IMG/VR virus record: IMGVR_UViG_3300015050_000902
Coordinates: 2,581 to 66,580 of that record
Length of the DNA stretch: 64,000 nucleotides
Direction: 5' to 3' (one strand)
From: a virus
Position numbers and translations under genes: made by a program. Shown piece after piece: positions 46,646-56,514 of the stretch. Each line of letters begins with the position of its first letter. Position 1 is the first letter of the stretch. The notes under the pieces were generated by a model. The model had not been told where the DNA came from and searched no databases. It saw nothing but the letters and a program-made list of their open reading frames with translations.

Positions 46646-48662
46646 GGAATTTCCAGATCATGCGTGAGACTTCTTCGATTGACACGGTCGCCACGTGGGC
46701 TTCCGCATCGCGGACACCGAACGACAAGATCAGATCGTCGCCGTTGGGATGCTTGGCGAGGCCAGCGCAGAACTCGATCTGGCGCTCATAGAACACGAAC
46801 GGCAGGCTGAGCCGGAACAGACGGCCCTCGCCATCGAACCACGCGAAGCGATGCCAGTACGTGCGCTTGTTGTTGGTGGGGTCGTTGGCTGCTTCGTGCA
46901 CCACGGCGAGGTAGCCCGCCTTGAACGGGATCAACTGCGACGAGCCGCTGATCTGGTCAGCTGCCACCTTGATGTCGAACTTCTCGACGGGGGTCTGACG
47001 CGGCAGCGCGCGATCGAGCCCGGCGAACGGAGTGATGATGGTGTCCAGCCGATAGATGAAGCGCTGGTCGTGGAAGTGCATCCAGTTCTTCTCGTTGACC
47101 GAACCCATGTCCACAACCCGCCAGCGGTCAACGCTCATGGTGGGGGTGTCGAGATTGTAGCTCACCGAGCCGATGACCTGCTGGCAGGTCCCCTCGTAGC
47201 TCAGCTCGCGGACGCAGGCGTTGAAGTGAAGCTGGCCGTTGTAGTGCCAGAGCCGGACGTCCTCCAGCCCGATGACCATGTCCCAGGCGGGCTCGGGCCG
47301 GCTCCAGAGCAGCTCGCTCGACTTGTAGACATTCAGGTTGTCGTCGAGTTTTACAATGAAGTTGCGGGTGACGATCGGTGCATCGCCGCACTGCTGCTCG
47401 CCGATCATATAGCGGCCGTGCTCGTCGATCGTGTAGTTGACACAGCGGATGTTGCAGTAGACGTGGTCGGCGAACTGCTCGACCGCTGGGTTCATCGCCG
47501 TGTAGCCTTCCGGCGCGACGAAGTCGAGGCGCTTGCCCTTGAACGACGGGCAATAATGGCTCAGCGGCAGAGTGTACCAGAAGAGGTTCGACCGCGCGCT
47601 CGCGCGGACTTCCGCGTTGCACGTTGGATCGAGCGCGAGATCATCCGTAACCTGGAACGCGCAATTGCGCTCTTTAGGCTCATAGTATCCCGTGACCGAA
47701 TACTCGTAGCGCAGGCCGTGGCTATAAACAAAATCGTTGACAAAGAGGAGGTCATTGGGTCTCGGGATGTTCATGCCGTGCTTGGCATAGAGGTTGGCAA
47801 TGCTGTTCATGCCCTTCTCGCGATAATGCTTCGCGAGGTCGTAGAGTGGCTCCGCCCGGGTTGGTCGGAAGTTGAAGGCATCGTTCAGGCCGGAGACGTA
47901 GGCGCTGTCGAGCCCGCGGTCCTTCCAACAGCCGGCGATCCCCATCATGGCGCTGTGGGTCTCTTCATCCCAGCCGCCGAGGTCGACACGGCGCTGGTAG
48001 GCGGCGATGGCCTCGATCGGCCGACCCCAGTCGCGATAGCTGTTGCCGAGGTAATACCAGTAGCGCCCGTTGTTGGGTTCGCTCCTAAGGCCTTCTTCGA
48101 GCAGTGTCACGTCGCGCTCGAATTTATCGGCACGGTTGGCGCCGTCGGCGTGGTCGATGAAGTGTGCGCCCTTGATCATGCCCTGCGAGGGAATGTCGAT
48201 GTATTCGTGGGTGACGCCGACGTAGGGCGGCTTGCCCCAGGTCAGGTTGACGACGCGGCGGTTGGCGTAGCTCACCACGCCACCCTTCTGGATCATGTCG
48301 TAGGAGGCGTCGGCGCCGGAGAGCCGATGGAAGACCTTGGGGTCCTCGACAACAAGCTCCATGTCAGCGTCCATCATCAGCGCAAACTGGCACCACTGCA
48401 GCTGGCCCTTGCCGTTGCGGTTCTGCGCCAGCTCGAACGCATCGTTGCGCGCCTGGGAGAAATTCTCGAACGTGCCGACGACGATCTCGTAGGGCACGCC
48501 GTCGTCCTGGCACAGGCGTTTGATCTTGTTGATGGTGTCGTCGGTCGATCCGGTATCGAGGATCACCACTGACTTGACGTAGGGCAGGACAGACAGAAGG
48601 CAGCGGTCAATGCGCGCGGCCTCGTTCTTGACAATCATGTTCAAGCAGAGCGATGGCTTCAT
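46635..48662 (-). CDS. Glycosyltransferase family 2 with TPR and C-terminal beta-propeller (GH130-like) domain
   Basis: LNMIVKNE, DTGSTD, F...RN, DAD, GVTHE; TPR RYWYYLGNSY and RAEPLY; propeller NP, EDVR, EKNW, IEFCAGL. Confidence 0.9.
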   Translation of the reverse strand: MKPSLCLNMIVKNEAARIDRCLLSVLPYVKSVVILDTGSTDDTINKIKRLCQDDGVPYEIVVGTFENFSQARNDAFELAQNRNGKGQLQWCQFALMMDADMELVVEDPKVFHRLSGADASYDMIQKGGVVSYANRRVVNLTWGKPPYVGVTHEYIDIPSQGMIKGAHFIDHADGANRADKFERDVTLLEEGLRSEPNNGRYWYYLGNSYRDWGRPIEAIAAYQRRVDLGGWDEETHSAMMGIAGCWKDRGLDSAYVSGLNDAFNFRPTRAEPLYDLAKHYREKGMNSIANLYAKHGMNIPRPNDLLFVNDFVYSHGLRYEYSVTGYYEPKERNCAFQVTDDLALDPTCNAEVRASARSNLFWYTLPLSHYCPSFKGKRLDFVAPEGYTAMNPAVEQFADHVYCNIRCVNYTIDEHGRYMIGEQQCGDAPIVTRNFIVKLDDNLNVYKSSELLWSRPEPAWDMVIGLEDVRLWHYNGQLHFNACVRELSYEGTCQQVIGSVSYNLDTPTMSVDRWRVVDMGSVNEKNWMHFHDQRFIYRLDTIITPFAGLDRALPRQTPVEKFDIKVAADQISGSSQLIPFKAGYLAVVHEAANDPTNNKRTYWHRFAWFDGEGRLFRLSLPFVFYERQIEFCAGLAKHPNGDDLILSFGVRDAEAHVATVSIEEVSRMIWKFHEG

Positions 48663-48703
48663 GGCAGGCGTCCTGAGTTGGGGTTCAGGGTTATGACGCT
48701 AGA

Positions 48704-49243
48704 TCAGCCGTTCGAGATACGCAAGCAGTTTGCGCCGGTGCAGCCGGGCAGTCGCCAGACGGCGCCGTTGATCTGCGGGTTCTCCGTCGGCGGGGACCAC
48801 ACGTTGTCCTCGACCGGTCCAGGTGCACCCACGATACCGCGTTGTCCAGTCGTGCCAGAGGGTCCGGTGGCGCCGGTCGCGGACTGCGCGCCGGTGGGGC
48901 CATCACGACCTGTTGATCCGCCTGTCGGTCCGGTGTCGCCGGTGCGGCCCGTAGCGCCGCGGCCGGTGTTGCCGGTCGGACCGGTGCGGCCGCGATAGCC
49001 GGTGGGTCCGGTGACGCCGGGTCCCATCGCGCCGCGGTTGCCCGTTGCGCCGGTGGAGCCCGTCGGTCCGGTCGACGCCGGGTTGCTGCCGGTGGGTCCG
49101 GTTGCACCAGTCGATCCCTGATAGCCCGGGATGTTCTTCGTGTTGACGAGATCGACCGCGAGCTTGAGGACAGCCGGAATGCGGTTGTCGTCATAGGTCT
49201 CCGGCAGATCGGGATCAGGGATGATCGGAGGAACGTTGGTCAT
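48704..49243 (-). CDS. Collagen-like G-X-T fibre protein (paralog 2)
   Basis: YD.N....VLK..VD..N, GXT repeats, PPT.NP..NG.VW tail. Confidence 0.85.
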   Translation of the reverse strand: MTNVPPIIPDPDLPETYDDNRIPAVLKLAVDLVNTKNIPGYQGSTGATGPTGSNPASTGPTGSTGATGNRGAMGPGVTGPTGYRGRTGPTGNTGRGATGRTGDTGPTGGSTGRDGPTGAQSATGATGPSGTTGQRGIVGAPGPVEDNVWSPPTENPQINGAVWRLPGCTGANCLRISNG

Positions 49244-49254
49244 GTGCGTTCCCC

Positions 49255-49755
49255 TTAACCAGCCGAGACGGTGAGCACGCCGCTGTTATTCCAAACCTGC
49301 CCGTTGACGTGCGGGTCGGAGGTCGGCGGGATGATGATCTTGGCGATGGTGCCGGTCGGTCCGGTGTTGCCGGTCGCACCCGTGGCTCCGCGCGCGCCGG
49401 TCGGGCCTGTACGTCCGAGGCCCGTGGGACCGGTCGCACCCGTGGCTCCAGGGCTCGGGCCGGTTGCGCCGAACGGACCTGCGGGACCCGTCGGGCCCGG
49501 TCCAGTCGGGCCGGTGTTGCCAGTCGCACCCTGCGCGCCATCCGGGCCAACCACATAGCCCGTCGGGCCGGTTGCTCCAGTGACGCCGGTGGGTCCGGTG
49601 TTGCCTCGCGCGCCGGTCGATGAGCCGGTCGGGCCGGTTACGCCGGCAGCGCCCGTGGGGCCGCCGACCGAACCTGAATTGATGGCGTCGACCACTTCCT
49701 TGAGGACGCGGCCGAGAGTGTTGCGATCGTAATTGCGCGAGCTGAGAATGGGCAT
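49255..49755 (-). CDS. Collagen-like G-X-T fibre protein (paralog 1)
   Basis: YD.N....VLK.VVD..N, GXT repeats, PPTSDP..NGQVW tail. Confidence 0.85.
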   Translation of the reverse strand: MPILSSRNYDRNTLGRVLKEVVDAINSGSVGGPTGAAGVTGPTGSSTGARGNTGPTGVTGATGPTGYVVGPDGAQGATGNTGPTGPGPTGPAGPFGATGPSPGATGATGPTGLGRTGPTGARGATGATGNTGPTGTIAKIIIPPTSDPHVNGQVWNNSGVLTVSAG

Positions 49756-49836
49756 TTGGTCGTCCCCTGCCAGTAACTGGACCTCGGCAAAACGCCGAAC
49801 ATGTTCCGGGTCTATCGTTCAATCCCTACCAACCCC

Positions 49837-50871
49837 TTAACCCCAGGGGTTGAAGCCGGACGGAGCGGCGTTGACGAACGGCGCCGCGGTGTCGATCGTG
49901 ACGTTGCCGGTGTTCTGGACGAAGGCCAGCGGGAAGATCGCGGTCGCACCGCCGACGGACGACGTGATCGCGATGCCGCCGGTGCCGGTGGCCGGGTTGG
50001 CCGTGCCGCTGGCGTTCCAGTTGCCTGCATCGTACCTGAACCACATCAGGCGCGCGTCGAGGTCGATCGCGACACCGACCACCTTGCCTGAGGGCACGCT
50101 ACCCATGTTGCCGCCGCCGTTGGCGATGCCGCCCCAGTTGAGGACGGTCATCGAGTTCGCCTGCGAATTGTCGTTCAGGGTGTAGCTGGAGTTACCGACG
50201 CCGCAGGCGCCGTTGTTGTTGAACAGGACGGTCGGAAACTCGAAATAGTACTTGCCCGTGGTGTGGGACAGCGTGCCGCGGCAGCCGTAGTTGCCCGCGC
50301 CGCCACCGTTGAAGGTGAGGTCGGAGTTCGTCAGCGTCGAGCCCGTCGTCTTGTCCGCAGAGTTCCAGGTCGATGGCGGTGCCGCGTAGGTGAACAGGCC
50401 CGTGCCCGTGCCGGAGCCGGCCGGGGTCGTGACGACGACGTCGGTCGCGCCCGCAGCGTGGGCGGGGGACGTCGCAGTGATGGTGGTGTCGTTCACCACG
50501 GTGATGCCGGTCGCGGCGCTGCCGCCGATGGTCACTGCCGTGGCGCCGGTGAAGTTCTCGCCCGTGATGGTGACGGACGTGCCGCCGGCAGTCGTGCCGC
50601 CGGTGGGGTCGATGCTGAGCACGACGGGCGGCAGCGCGCCGCCACCGTAGCCGTCAATGATGATCGTCGGCAGCCCAGCGATCCCGGTACCCGCGAAGCA
50701 GACCGTGGCGAACGTCCCGGTCGGGCCGCTGGCGCCGGTCGGGCCAGTGATCTGGGCGAACGTGGGAAAGCGGCCGTAGTCGATGCCGGTCGGGCCGGTC
50801 GACAGGATGTTGACGTTCTTGAACAGGCCGGTCGGGCCCGTGGGTCCGTCGAGGACAAATACCGACTTCAT
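49837..50871 (-). CDS. Virion decoration protein: short GPT repeats, IPT/TIG domain, SPRY/concanavalin-like domain
   Basis: P.V.SI.P..G...GGT.VTITG.NF (IPT); TWN.ADK, GKYYFE, VGVAIDLD...WF (SPRY-like). Confidence 0.8.
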   Translation of the reverse strand: MKSVFVLDGPTGPTGLFKNVNILSTGPTGIDYGRFPTFAQITGPTGASGPTGTFATVCFAGTGIAGLPTIIIDGYGGGALPPVVLSIDPTGGTTAGGTSVTITGENFTGATAVTIGGSAATGITVVNDTTITATSPAHAAGATDVVVTTPAGSGTGTGLFTYAAPPSTWNSADKTTGSTLTNSDLTFNGGGAGNYGCRGTLSHTTGKYYFEFPTVLFNNNGACGVGNSSYTLNDNSQANSMTVLNWGGIANGGGNMGSVPSGKVVGVAIDLDARLMWFRYDAGNWNASGTANPATGTGGIAITSSVGGATAIFPLAFVQNTGNVTIDTAAPFVNAAPSGFNPWG

Positions 50872-53189
50872 CCGACGCCTCCGCTAACCGGCTTCGCGCC
50901 GGACCCAGGCTGGACGCCGGTGAGGTGGGTCTGCGGCCCCATGCTATTCGACAGCTGGCTGGGCTGCGAGCCCTGGGCCTGCTTGGCGCGTTCCTCGGTG
51001 CCATCCTGCGGGTGTTGTCCACCCAGGTCCATGTCCGGGTTGTTGGTGGTCGACGTGCCGCCGGGGTTCTGCTGCTGCATGCCCGGGCGTTCCGGATAGC
51101 CGTCCGGCATCTGCGCGCGAGCAGCGAGCGCACCTTCGGTGAGCTGGCTGGTGATCTTCTTGACACCGCTCTCGACGCCCTGCGCCACCGCCTTCTGGAC
51201 GGCTTGGTCGATCGCACCCTGGCCGGAGGCGGCCGCCTTCTTGTCGGCTTCGACCATGCGGTCAATCATATCCTCGGGCGGGACGATCTCCTCGCCGGGC
51301 ATGCCGATCGTGGTCGAGACCGAGCGCAGGATCACGGAGCGCCCCTTGATGCCCATGATCTTCTGGTCGGTCGGGTTGTTGGTCGCGGTCAGGAACTCGA
51401 TCTGGCGCTGGCGGAGCGTCTCGCGCTGGATCGCGACGTTGACACCCTGCACGGTCAGGCGCTCGTTGCCGGTCAGCAGTCCGCTCTCATCGGTGAGGAG
51501 GAGCAGGTCCTGCAGCTGCAGCATCGAGCCTTCGATGATGTCGCGGTCAATGTTCGCCGACACCGTCTGCAAAATCTTCGACGCGTTGCCCATCAGCATC
51601 GCGAGGCCGGACGCAGTTCGACCCGCGCCGCCGCCACCGGAGCCACCGACATACTTCGGGATGGCTGAGACGTCGTCGGCAATCGAGACAAACTCCTGAT
51701 AGACCGCGATCAGCTGCTGCGCGTTCGAGGCCGGCATGAAGAAGCTGATGGGCTGCTTGCCCGAGCTGGTCATCGGATCGTTCCGGACGTGCCAACGCTT
51801 CCATGGGTACATGTCCTCGCCGTTTTCCTCCGGCGCCAGCATGTCGTCATTGACGACGACCTGGGGGCCCGAAGCGATGGCAATGTTGTTGATCAGCGCG
51901 CGCAGCGTTGCGTTCGCGCTCTCCTGGAGATCGGTGAGCAGATCGGTGAGGCCGTTGCCTACTGGTGTCCCCGGCACCTTCTCGAACGAAGTAATAAAAT
52001 AAGGGTGGCGCTGTCGCGGTGAAGGCGACATGTGACACTTGATGACGTGGCTTCCGACGACCCATACCTGCACGTGGTAATCGCGCAGCTCGTCGGGAAC
52101 AGGCATTCCATAATCCTGCAGAATGCGGCCCTGAACATTGCCGTTGAACTCCATCATCGAGATCATGCCGGAGCGGTTCCAGGCCGGGTTCTCCCGGTTC
52201 TCCAGCACGCTGCGCTCGGCGTCGGTGGTGTCCCAGTTGTCGTAGAGACCGCCGCGGCCATACTCATCGAGCACAGCCCTGATCTCGGCGGTGTTGTAGC
52301 CGGGCAGGTCGAGCAGATCGTTCAGCTCGGCGCGAGTGACGCGCAGCTTCTCGATCACATTTGCGTTTTCGATGTCCGCGACGCCGGGCGTGAACCACAG
52401 GTCGAACGGACTGACCCGGTTCCAGGTCAGCGTCGGGGTCTGCTTGATCGACGGCTGTCCGCCTCCGGGCGGCCACTGCACCGACGGGATCACCTTGACG
52501 ACGGGACCCTTGATGCAGGCGAACGGGAAGATGGTAAGGTCCACGAGGAACTCGGCGAGCGCGTGATAGTAGCCGCCCTTGTTCAGCATGTCCTGGATTT
52601 TGTCGCCGCTCGTGCGGGCCTGATCGGTGGCCTTGCGCTTGGCCGCGTCGGTGGCCTGCTCCATGAGCATGCGCTTGCGCTCGGACAGATCGCCGGGCGA
52701 CGGCGGCTGACCCAGCTTCTGGGCGACCTGCATGGCCTCCGCTTTGACCAGCGCCTCGATCTTGGCGATGATCTCGGGCGGCACCTCGGGGTTCTTCTCG
52801 GGCTGCAACGACCACGGGATGTCCTGCCCCAGGTAGATGTCGCGGAGCAGCGACGTCGCGGCGCGGCACTTCTGCGCGATCAGCCGGGCGAAGACGGTCG
52901 AGCCGCCCTGCTTGGTGATGTCAGCGAGCTTGGTCGGATCATACTGGCCGTTGAATGAGCGCAACGCGGCGAGCATGCGGTTGCTCCAGCCGGCCTGCGT
53001 GTTGCGGTGGTTCCGGAAAATCTCGAACTGGCCTTTGACGTAGCCGGCGAGCTGCGGGTAGGCGGGCTGCGCGGACATCGTCGCCGCCTGCGCGGCCGCG
53101 GCTTTCTGCGACGCAGCTTCTGCCAGCTGCTTCTCCAGTTCGGCTGGACCGGTGAACTGGATGACGCCGTTTTGTCCGAGGTCTGCCAT
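50868..53189 (-). CDS. Portal protein
   Basis: 773 aa after terminase; RVSPFD, ASGPQV, P.K.W, GAGRTASGLAMLM. Confidence 0.9.
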   Translation of the reverse strand: MADLGQNGVIQFTGPAELEKQLAEAASQKAAAAQAATMSAQPAYPQLAGYVKGQFEIFRNHRNTQAGWSNRMLAALRSFNGQYDPTKLADITKQGGSTVFARLIAQKCRAATSLLRDIYLGQDIPWSLQPEKNPEVPPEIIAKIEALVKAEAMQVAQKLGQPPSPGDLSERKRMLMEQATDAAKRKATDQARTSGDKIQDMLNKGGYYHALAEFLVDLTIFPFACIKGPVVKVIPSVQWPPGGGQPSIKQTPTLTWNRVSPFDLWFTPGVADIENANVIEKLRVTRAELNDLLDLPGYNTAEIRAVLDEYGRGGLYDNWDTTDAERSVLENRENPAWNRSGMISMMEFNGNVQGRILQDYGMPVPDELRDYHVQVWVVGSHVIKCHMSPSPRQRHPYFITSFEKVPGTPVGNGLTDLLTDLQESANATLRALINNIAIASGPQVVVNDDMLAPEENGEDMYPWKRWHVRNDPMTSSGKQPISFFMPASNAQQLIAVYQEFVSIADDVSAIPKYVGGSGGGGAGRTASGLAMLMGNASKILQTVSANIDRDIIEGSMLQLQDLLLLTDESGLLTGNERLTVQGVNVAIQRETLRQRQIEFLTATNNPTDQKIMGIKGRSVILRSVSTTIGMPGEEIVPPEDMIDRMVEADKKAAASGQGAIDQAVQKAVAQGVESGVKKITSQLTEGALAARAQMPDGYPERPGMQQQNPGGTSTTNNPDMDLGGQHPQDGTEERAKQAQGSQPSQLSNSMGPQTHLTGVQPGSGAKPVSGGVG

Positions 53190-53238
53190 TGGATATTCTA
53201 CTCGCGCGGGTTCCCATAACGCCCTCGCATGGCTGGCC

Positions 53239-53253
53239 CTAAAAACTCCTTAA
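53239..53253. promoter_or_regulatory. CtrA-like box (1 mismatch) in the portal/holin divergent region
   Basis: ctaaaaactccttaa plus an extra GTTAAC half-site near 53264. Confidence 0.55.
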
Positions 53254-53313
53254 CGACGGAAACGTTAACCTCTTGCTGGCATCACTGGAGGCCTCAAACG
53301 GGAGTGCGGGTCA

Positions 53314-53601
53314 GTGGAACAGAACGTCAGCAGCACCATCAACCAGTGGGTCGGAAACATCTTTTCGGCCGGCGCAATCGTGTCCACCGCGATGGGGTGG
53401 CTGCCGGCTATCGCCGCGGCGATGGGCGGTCTGTGGTACCTGATCCAGATTTACGAGAGTGCAACCGTACAACGTTGGGTGGCCACTCGGCGCATCCGTA
53501 AAATTGCGCGGATGAAGGCTCGGGTGATGATGCTAGAAGCACGTCACCGGGCGCCTCTGCGGGGGCTCGATCCTCTCGACGACGGGCCGGATGCGCCTTA
53601 G
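53314..53601 (+). CDS. Holin-like small membrane protein, antisense to the late arm
   Basis: GGAG RBS; hydrophobic helices then Arg/Lys-rich tail; fills the gap between terminase and portal. Confidence 0.6.
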   Translation: MEQNVSSTINQWVGNIFSAGAIVSTAMGWLPAIAAAMGGLWYLIQIYESATVQRWVATRRIRKIARMKARVMMLEARHRAPLRGLDPLDDGPDAP

Positions 53602-55052
53602 GTCCATCCATTCGCTGAAACGGCACCACGTTTCTTCGTGCGCGGGCGGAGCCGGCGCGTGATCTCAGGCACAATGCCACCATGCACGACAAGAGCAACA
53701 TACTGAAGATCGTCGGCGACATGTGAGAACCCTTCCTTGTCGTTCTTCTCGGGCACGGTCTTGAGCGCCCCCGACTTGAATTTCGTGAAGCGATAGCCGC
53801 CCGACATGGCGCGGCAGAGGTGCGGTGCGCCGGTGCGTGAGATGATCAGGCTCGGCCCGCCGTTGGTCTGACGCCCCAGCAGATGCTCGACGGCGCGCAG
53901 CCGCGGCTCGATGTCGTTGGTCGGCGCCGGGAACGCCGGCAAGCCCATGCGCTGGAGCGCGTCGATGCAGCTCTCCTCGCCGATGGAGCCCTTCGCCACG
54001 CCGCTCGGATCGCCGACGCAGCAGACCTTGTAGCCGATGAACCGGTTCGAGTAGAGCACCGGCCGCAGGTTCTGCTCGACGTGCTTCTCCAGGCCGACGT
54101 TGGTGCCCGGGACTTCCTGATGCACGATCAGGCGCCCCATGTGATCCATCTGACAGATCAGCGACCACGGGTTGCGGCCGAAGTCCTGTCCGATGAGGAG
54201 GGGGTATCCGGGAATAAGCAGAGTGTCCTGGACAATGTGGAAGTCGGACTTGAATGTGTTTTTGAAAACTGCCGCGCCAGACGGATCATCGCCATACTCA
54301 GCCTTGACATATCGGCGGACCCAGTCGCTGTCCTCACCGTACATCTCAACGAAGCGCTCATAATACTTTCGGCCCTGCGCAAGGCGTGCCGGGTGATCAA
54401 TGGGCAGCTTGATGGTGTCTTCATTCTGCACCAGCCAGTTCAGGTTCTCGGCGTCGAAGGCAAGCCCGGAGGGCTGCTTAAAAATCTGCACGTCCATCGG
54501 AGGGTTCTCCATGTACGTGTGCCACGGCGTCATCTCGGTCGGGAAGTTCGTGTCGGCGATGAAGCCGTGCCATGACGGCGTACCCTGAGCGCCGGAGGGA
54601 TAGCGGCCCAAGCGACCAGAGATAGGAGCAACAACGTCCAGGTCCATCTCAATACATTCCGAGAGCCACGCTCCAGTGAGCTGCATGGACAGCAGCCGGG
54701 CTTGGTCCTCAGAATTCTCCAGAGGGATAAACACCCACTCGGATCGCACATCGTCGAACTCCACGTGGAACGTGTTCTCGGACACCTTCCAATACCCGAG
54801 GCTGCCGAGCCAGCTTTGGCAGTCCTTGAGCACGGTGTCCTTCAATTGCTTCAGGGTCTGGCGCACGACGGCGTGCCGCGTGTAGCGATAGCCGTCGGCA
54901 GCGCGCGACTGCCCGAGCGATCGGCGCAGCAGCTCGATGACGGCAGCGGTGGTCTTGCCGGAGCCGACAGGCCCGGCGATCAGGCGGCCGAACGCCTCGC
55001 TCTTCATGAAGCGAGCGCAGGTCGGCGGCGCTGCGTAATTGAGGTCAGGCAT
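53598..55052 (-). CDS. terL: Terminase large subunit
   Basis: GPVGSGKT, LTGAWLSE, GRYPS, DTN, GQDFG, SHVADDLQY. Confidence 0.93.
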   Translation of the reverse strand: MPDLNYAAPPTCARFMKSEAFGRLIAGPVGSGKTTAAVIELLRRSLGQSRAADGYRYTRHAVVRQTLKQLKDTVLKDCQSWLGSLGYWKVSENTFHVEFDDVRSEWVFIPLENSEDQARLLSMQLTGAWLSECIEMDLDVVAPISGRLGRYPSGAQGTPSWHGFIADTNFPTEMTPWHTYMENPPMDVQIFKQPSGLAFDAENLNWLVQNEDTIKLPIDHPARLAQGRKYYERFVEMYGEDSDWVRRYVKAEYGDDPSGAAVFKNTFKSDFHIVQDTLLIPGYPLLIGQDFGRNPWSLICQMDHMGRLIVHQEVPGTNVGLEKHVEQNLRPVLYSNRFIGYKVCCVGDPSGVAKGSIGEESCIDALQRMGLPAFPAPTNDIEPRLRAVEHLLGRQTNGGPSLIISRTGAPHLCRAMSGGYRFTKFKSGALKTVPEKNDKEGFSHVADDLQYVALVVHGGIVPEITRRLRPRTKKRGAVSANGWT

Positions 55053-55182
55053 CTTCACCCTCGTCGTTGTCGGGCACGCGGAGCATGGGCTTCTCGCACG
55101 CCTCACACCAAGGGATGGAGCGGAGCATTGACGGATGCTCCTTCACCTCACCGCAGTCGTTGCAGATATACAGGTCAAGCAT
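55045..55182 (-). CDS. 45-aa zinc-ribbon protein (below ORF-track cutoff)
   Basis: YICNDCGE...WCEACEKPM; overlaps both neighbours. Confidence 0.6.
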   Translation of the reverse strand: MLDLYICNDCGEVKEHPSMLRSIPWCEACEKPMLRVPDNDEGEDA

Positions 55183-56308
55183 GAGTGATGTTGTCCTTGC
55201 GGCTGTCCGCGAAGTCCTGCCAGCTCACCCAAGGTTGCGCCTGCGCCAGTGGCTGGAGCTGCTTCTCCAGGTAGACCTGCCAGTGAGCCGTGATGCCATG
55301 CTCCGGATGCGTGAACCACAGCGCCTGCGAAGGTCGCGAAAATGGTGCCCGCAGAACCAGATGAGCATACTCGTCATAACCTTTAAGCGAGTTGTTGACG
55401 ATGAGCCCAGGGAGAGTGATGTACTGATGCCAATGGCCAATAAGAAGAGTGTCGAAGTCGCGCCCGATCTGGGCTTCAGAGCGATGCGTCTTGAGCGTGC
55501 CGCGCATGATCGGGCCCAGCGCTCCAATGATGCCATCGCCGCCCTTAGTGCCGAGGCTGTCGCCGTGAGTGAGTAGATAGCGATGGCCAAAGATGTTAAA
55601 CGCGCAGTCTGCAGTTTCTGGGATCGCGAACTGGACATGCTTGCTCTTCCTGAAGTGGCGCGCGACGTTGCAGTAGACGTTCCACTCGTGCGAGGTGAAG
55701 ACGCGCTGCTTCATCTGCATCTTCTTGGTGGAGCGGCCGTGGTTGCCGACGACGCACGGCACGAAGAGCTTCCCGAAGCTGGTCGCCATCAGTTCGAGCC
55801 CACCGCAGATCAGGTCCGTGAGGTCCTCGATCGACTGCTGCGTGGTGCGGTCGTTGGTCTTCATCAGCTCTTCGTGGATATCGCCGCCCAGCATGTCGCC
55901 GCCCAGCGCGACAACGCAGCCCGGATAGCTGATGCGCGCGCGGCCCATGTGGTTGAAGGCGAGGTCGACGGTGGTCTCGGCGAGGTGCTTGATGCGGCGC
56001 GCAGCAACACGCTTGTCATAAGTGTTGATGCCGGGCATGCGGACGACTTCGCCGTAGTGGAAGTCGCTCCAAATAGTTGCCGGCACTCCTCGGGCGCCAG
56101 CTCGACCTTCACGTACTGTCCATTCCGGGGGTTCAGGATCGTAAGCTGCGATCTTGTAGATGTTCTCGCGGATGGTTTTCGCATCGTCGGTGTCCTTGGT
56201 GAGGGCCTCGATCTGCTTCTTGTTCTCGGTCAAGATGCGGTTCTTCTCCCGGATGATCGAGAGCGCATCGTTGAGTTGGTCCTGGGTGCTCTTACGTGGC
56301 GTGGCCAT
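55175..56308 (-). CDS. Calcineurin-like metallophosphoesterase
   Basis: SDFHYG, GDMLGG.IH, GNHG, HGD, GHWH; N-terminal coiled coil. Confidence 0.85.
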   Translation of the reverse strand: MATPRKSTQDQLNDALSIIREKNRILTENKKQIEALTKDTDDAKTIRENIYKIAAYDPEPPEWTVREGRAGARGVPATIWSDFHYGEVVRMPGINTYDKRVAARRIKHLAETTVDLAFNHMGRARISYPGCVVALGGDMLGGDIHEELMKTNDRTTQQSIEDLTDLICGGLELMATSFGKLFVPCVVGNHGRSTKKMQMKQRVFTSHEWNVYCNVARHFRKSKHVQFAIPETADCAFNIFGHRYLLTHGDSLGTKGGDGIIGALGPIMRGTLKTHRSEAQIGRDFDTLLIGHWHQYITLPGLIVNNSLKGYDEYAHLVLRAPFSRPSQALWFTHPEHGITAHWQVYLEKQLQPLAQAQPWVSWQDFADSRKDNITHA

Positions 56309-56514
56309 CTAGTCTCTCCTTGCGACGTCGTTTACGTCTCCAGCGTCGATCAACCCCAGCGGGCGTTCTCTCTGCGCGACGGTACCTTGCTTGCCCTAAT
56401 GGGCCCTTATCGTATCTCCGGTTGGCCTCGCGGCTCAGCGGTGTCTGCCGGTAGCGAAACTGCACCTCGCGGCCCTTCGGCGATCGGCCGAAGCGGGCCC
56501 AGCTGGCCTTGCGT

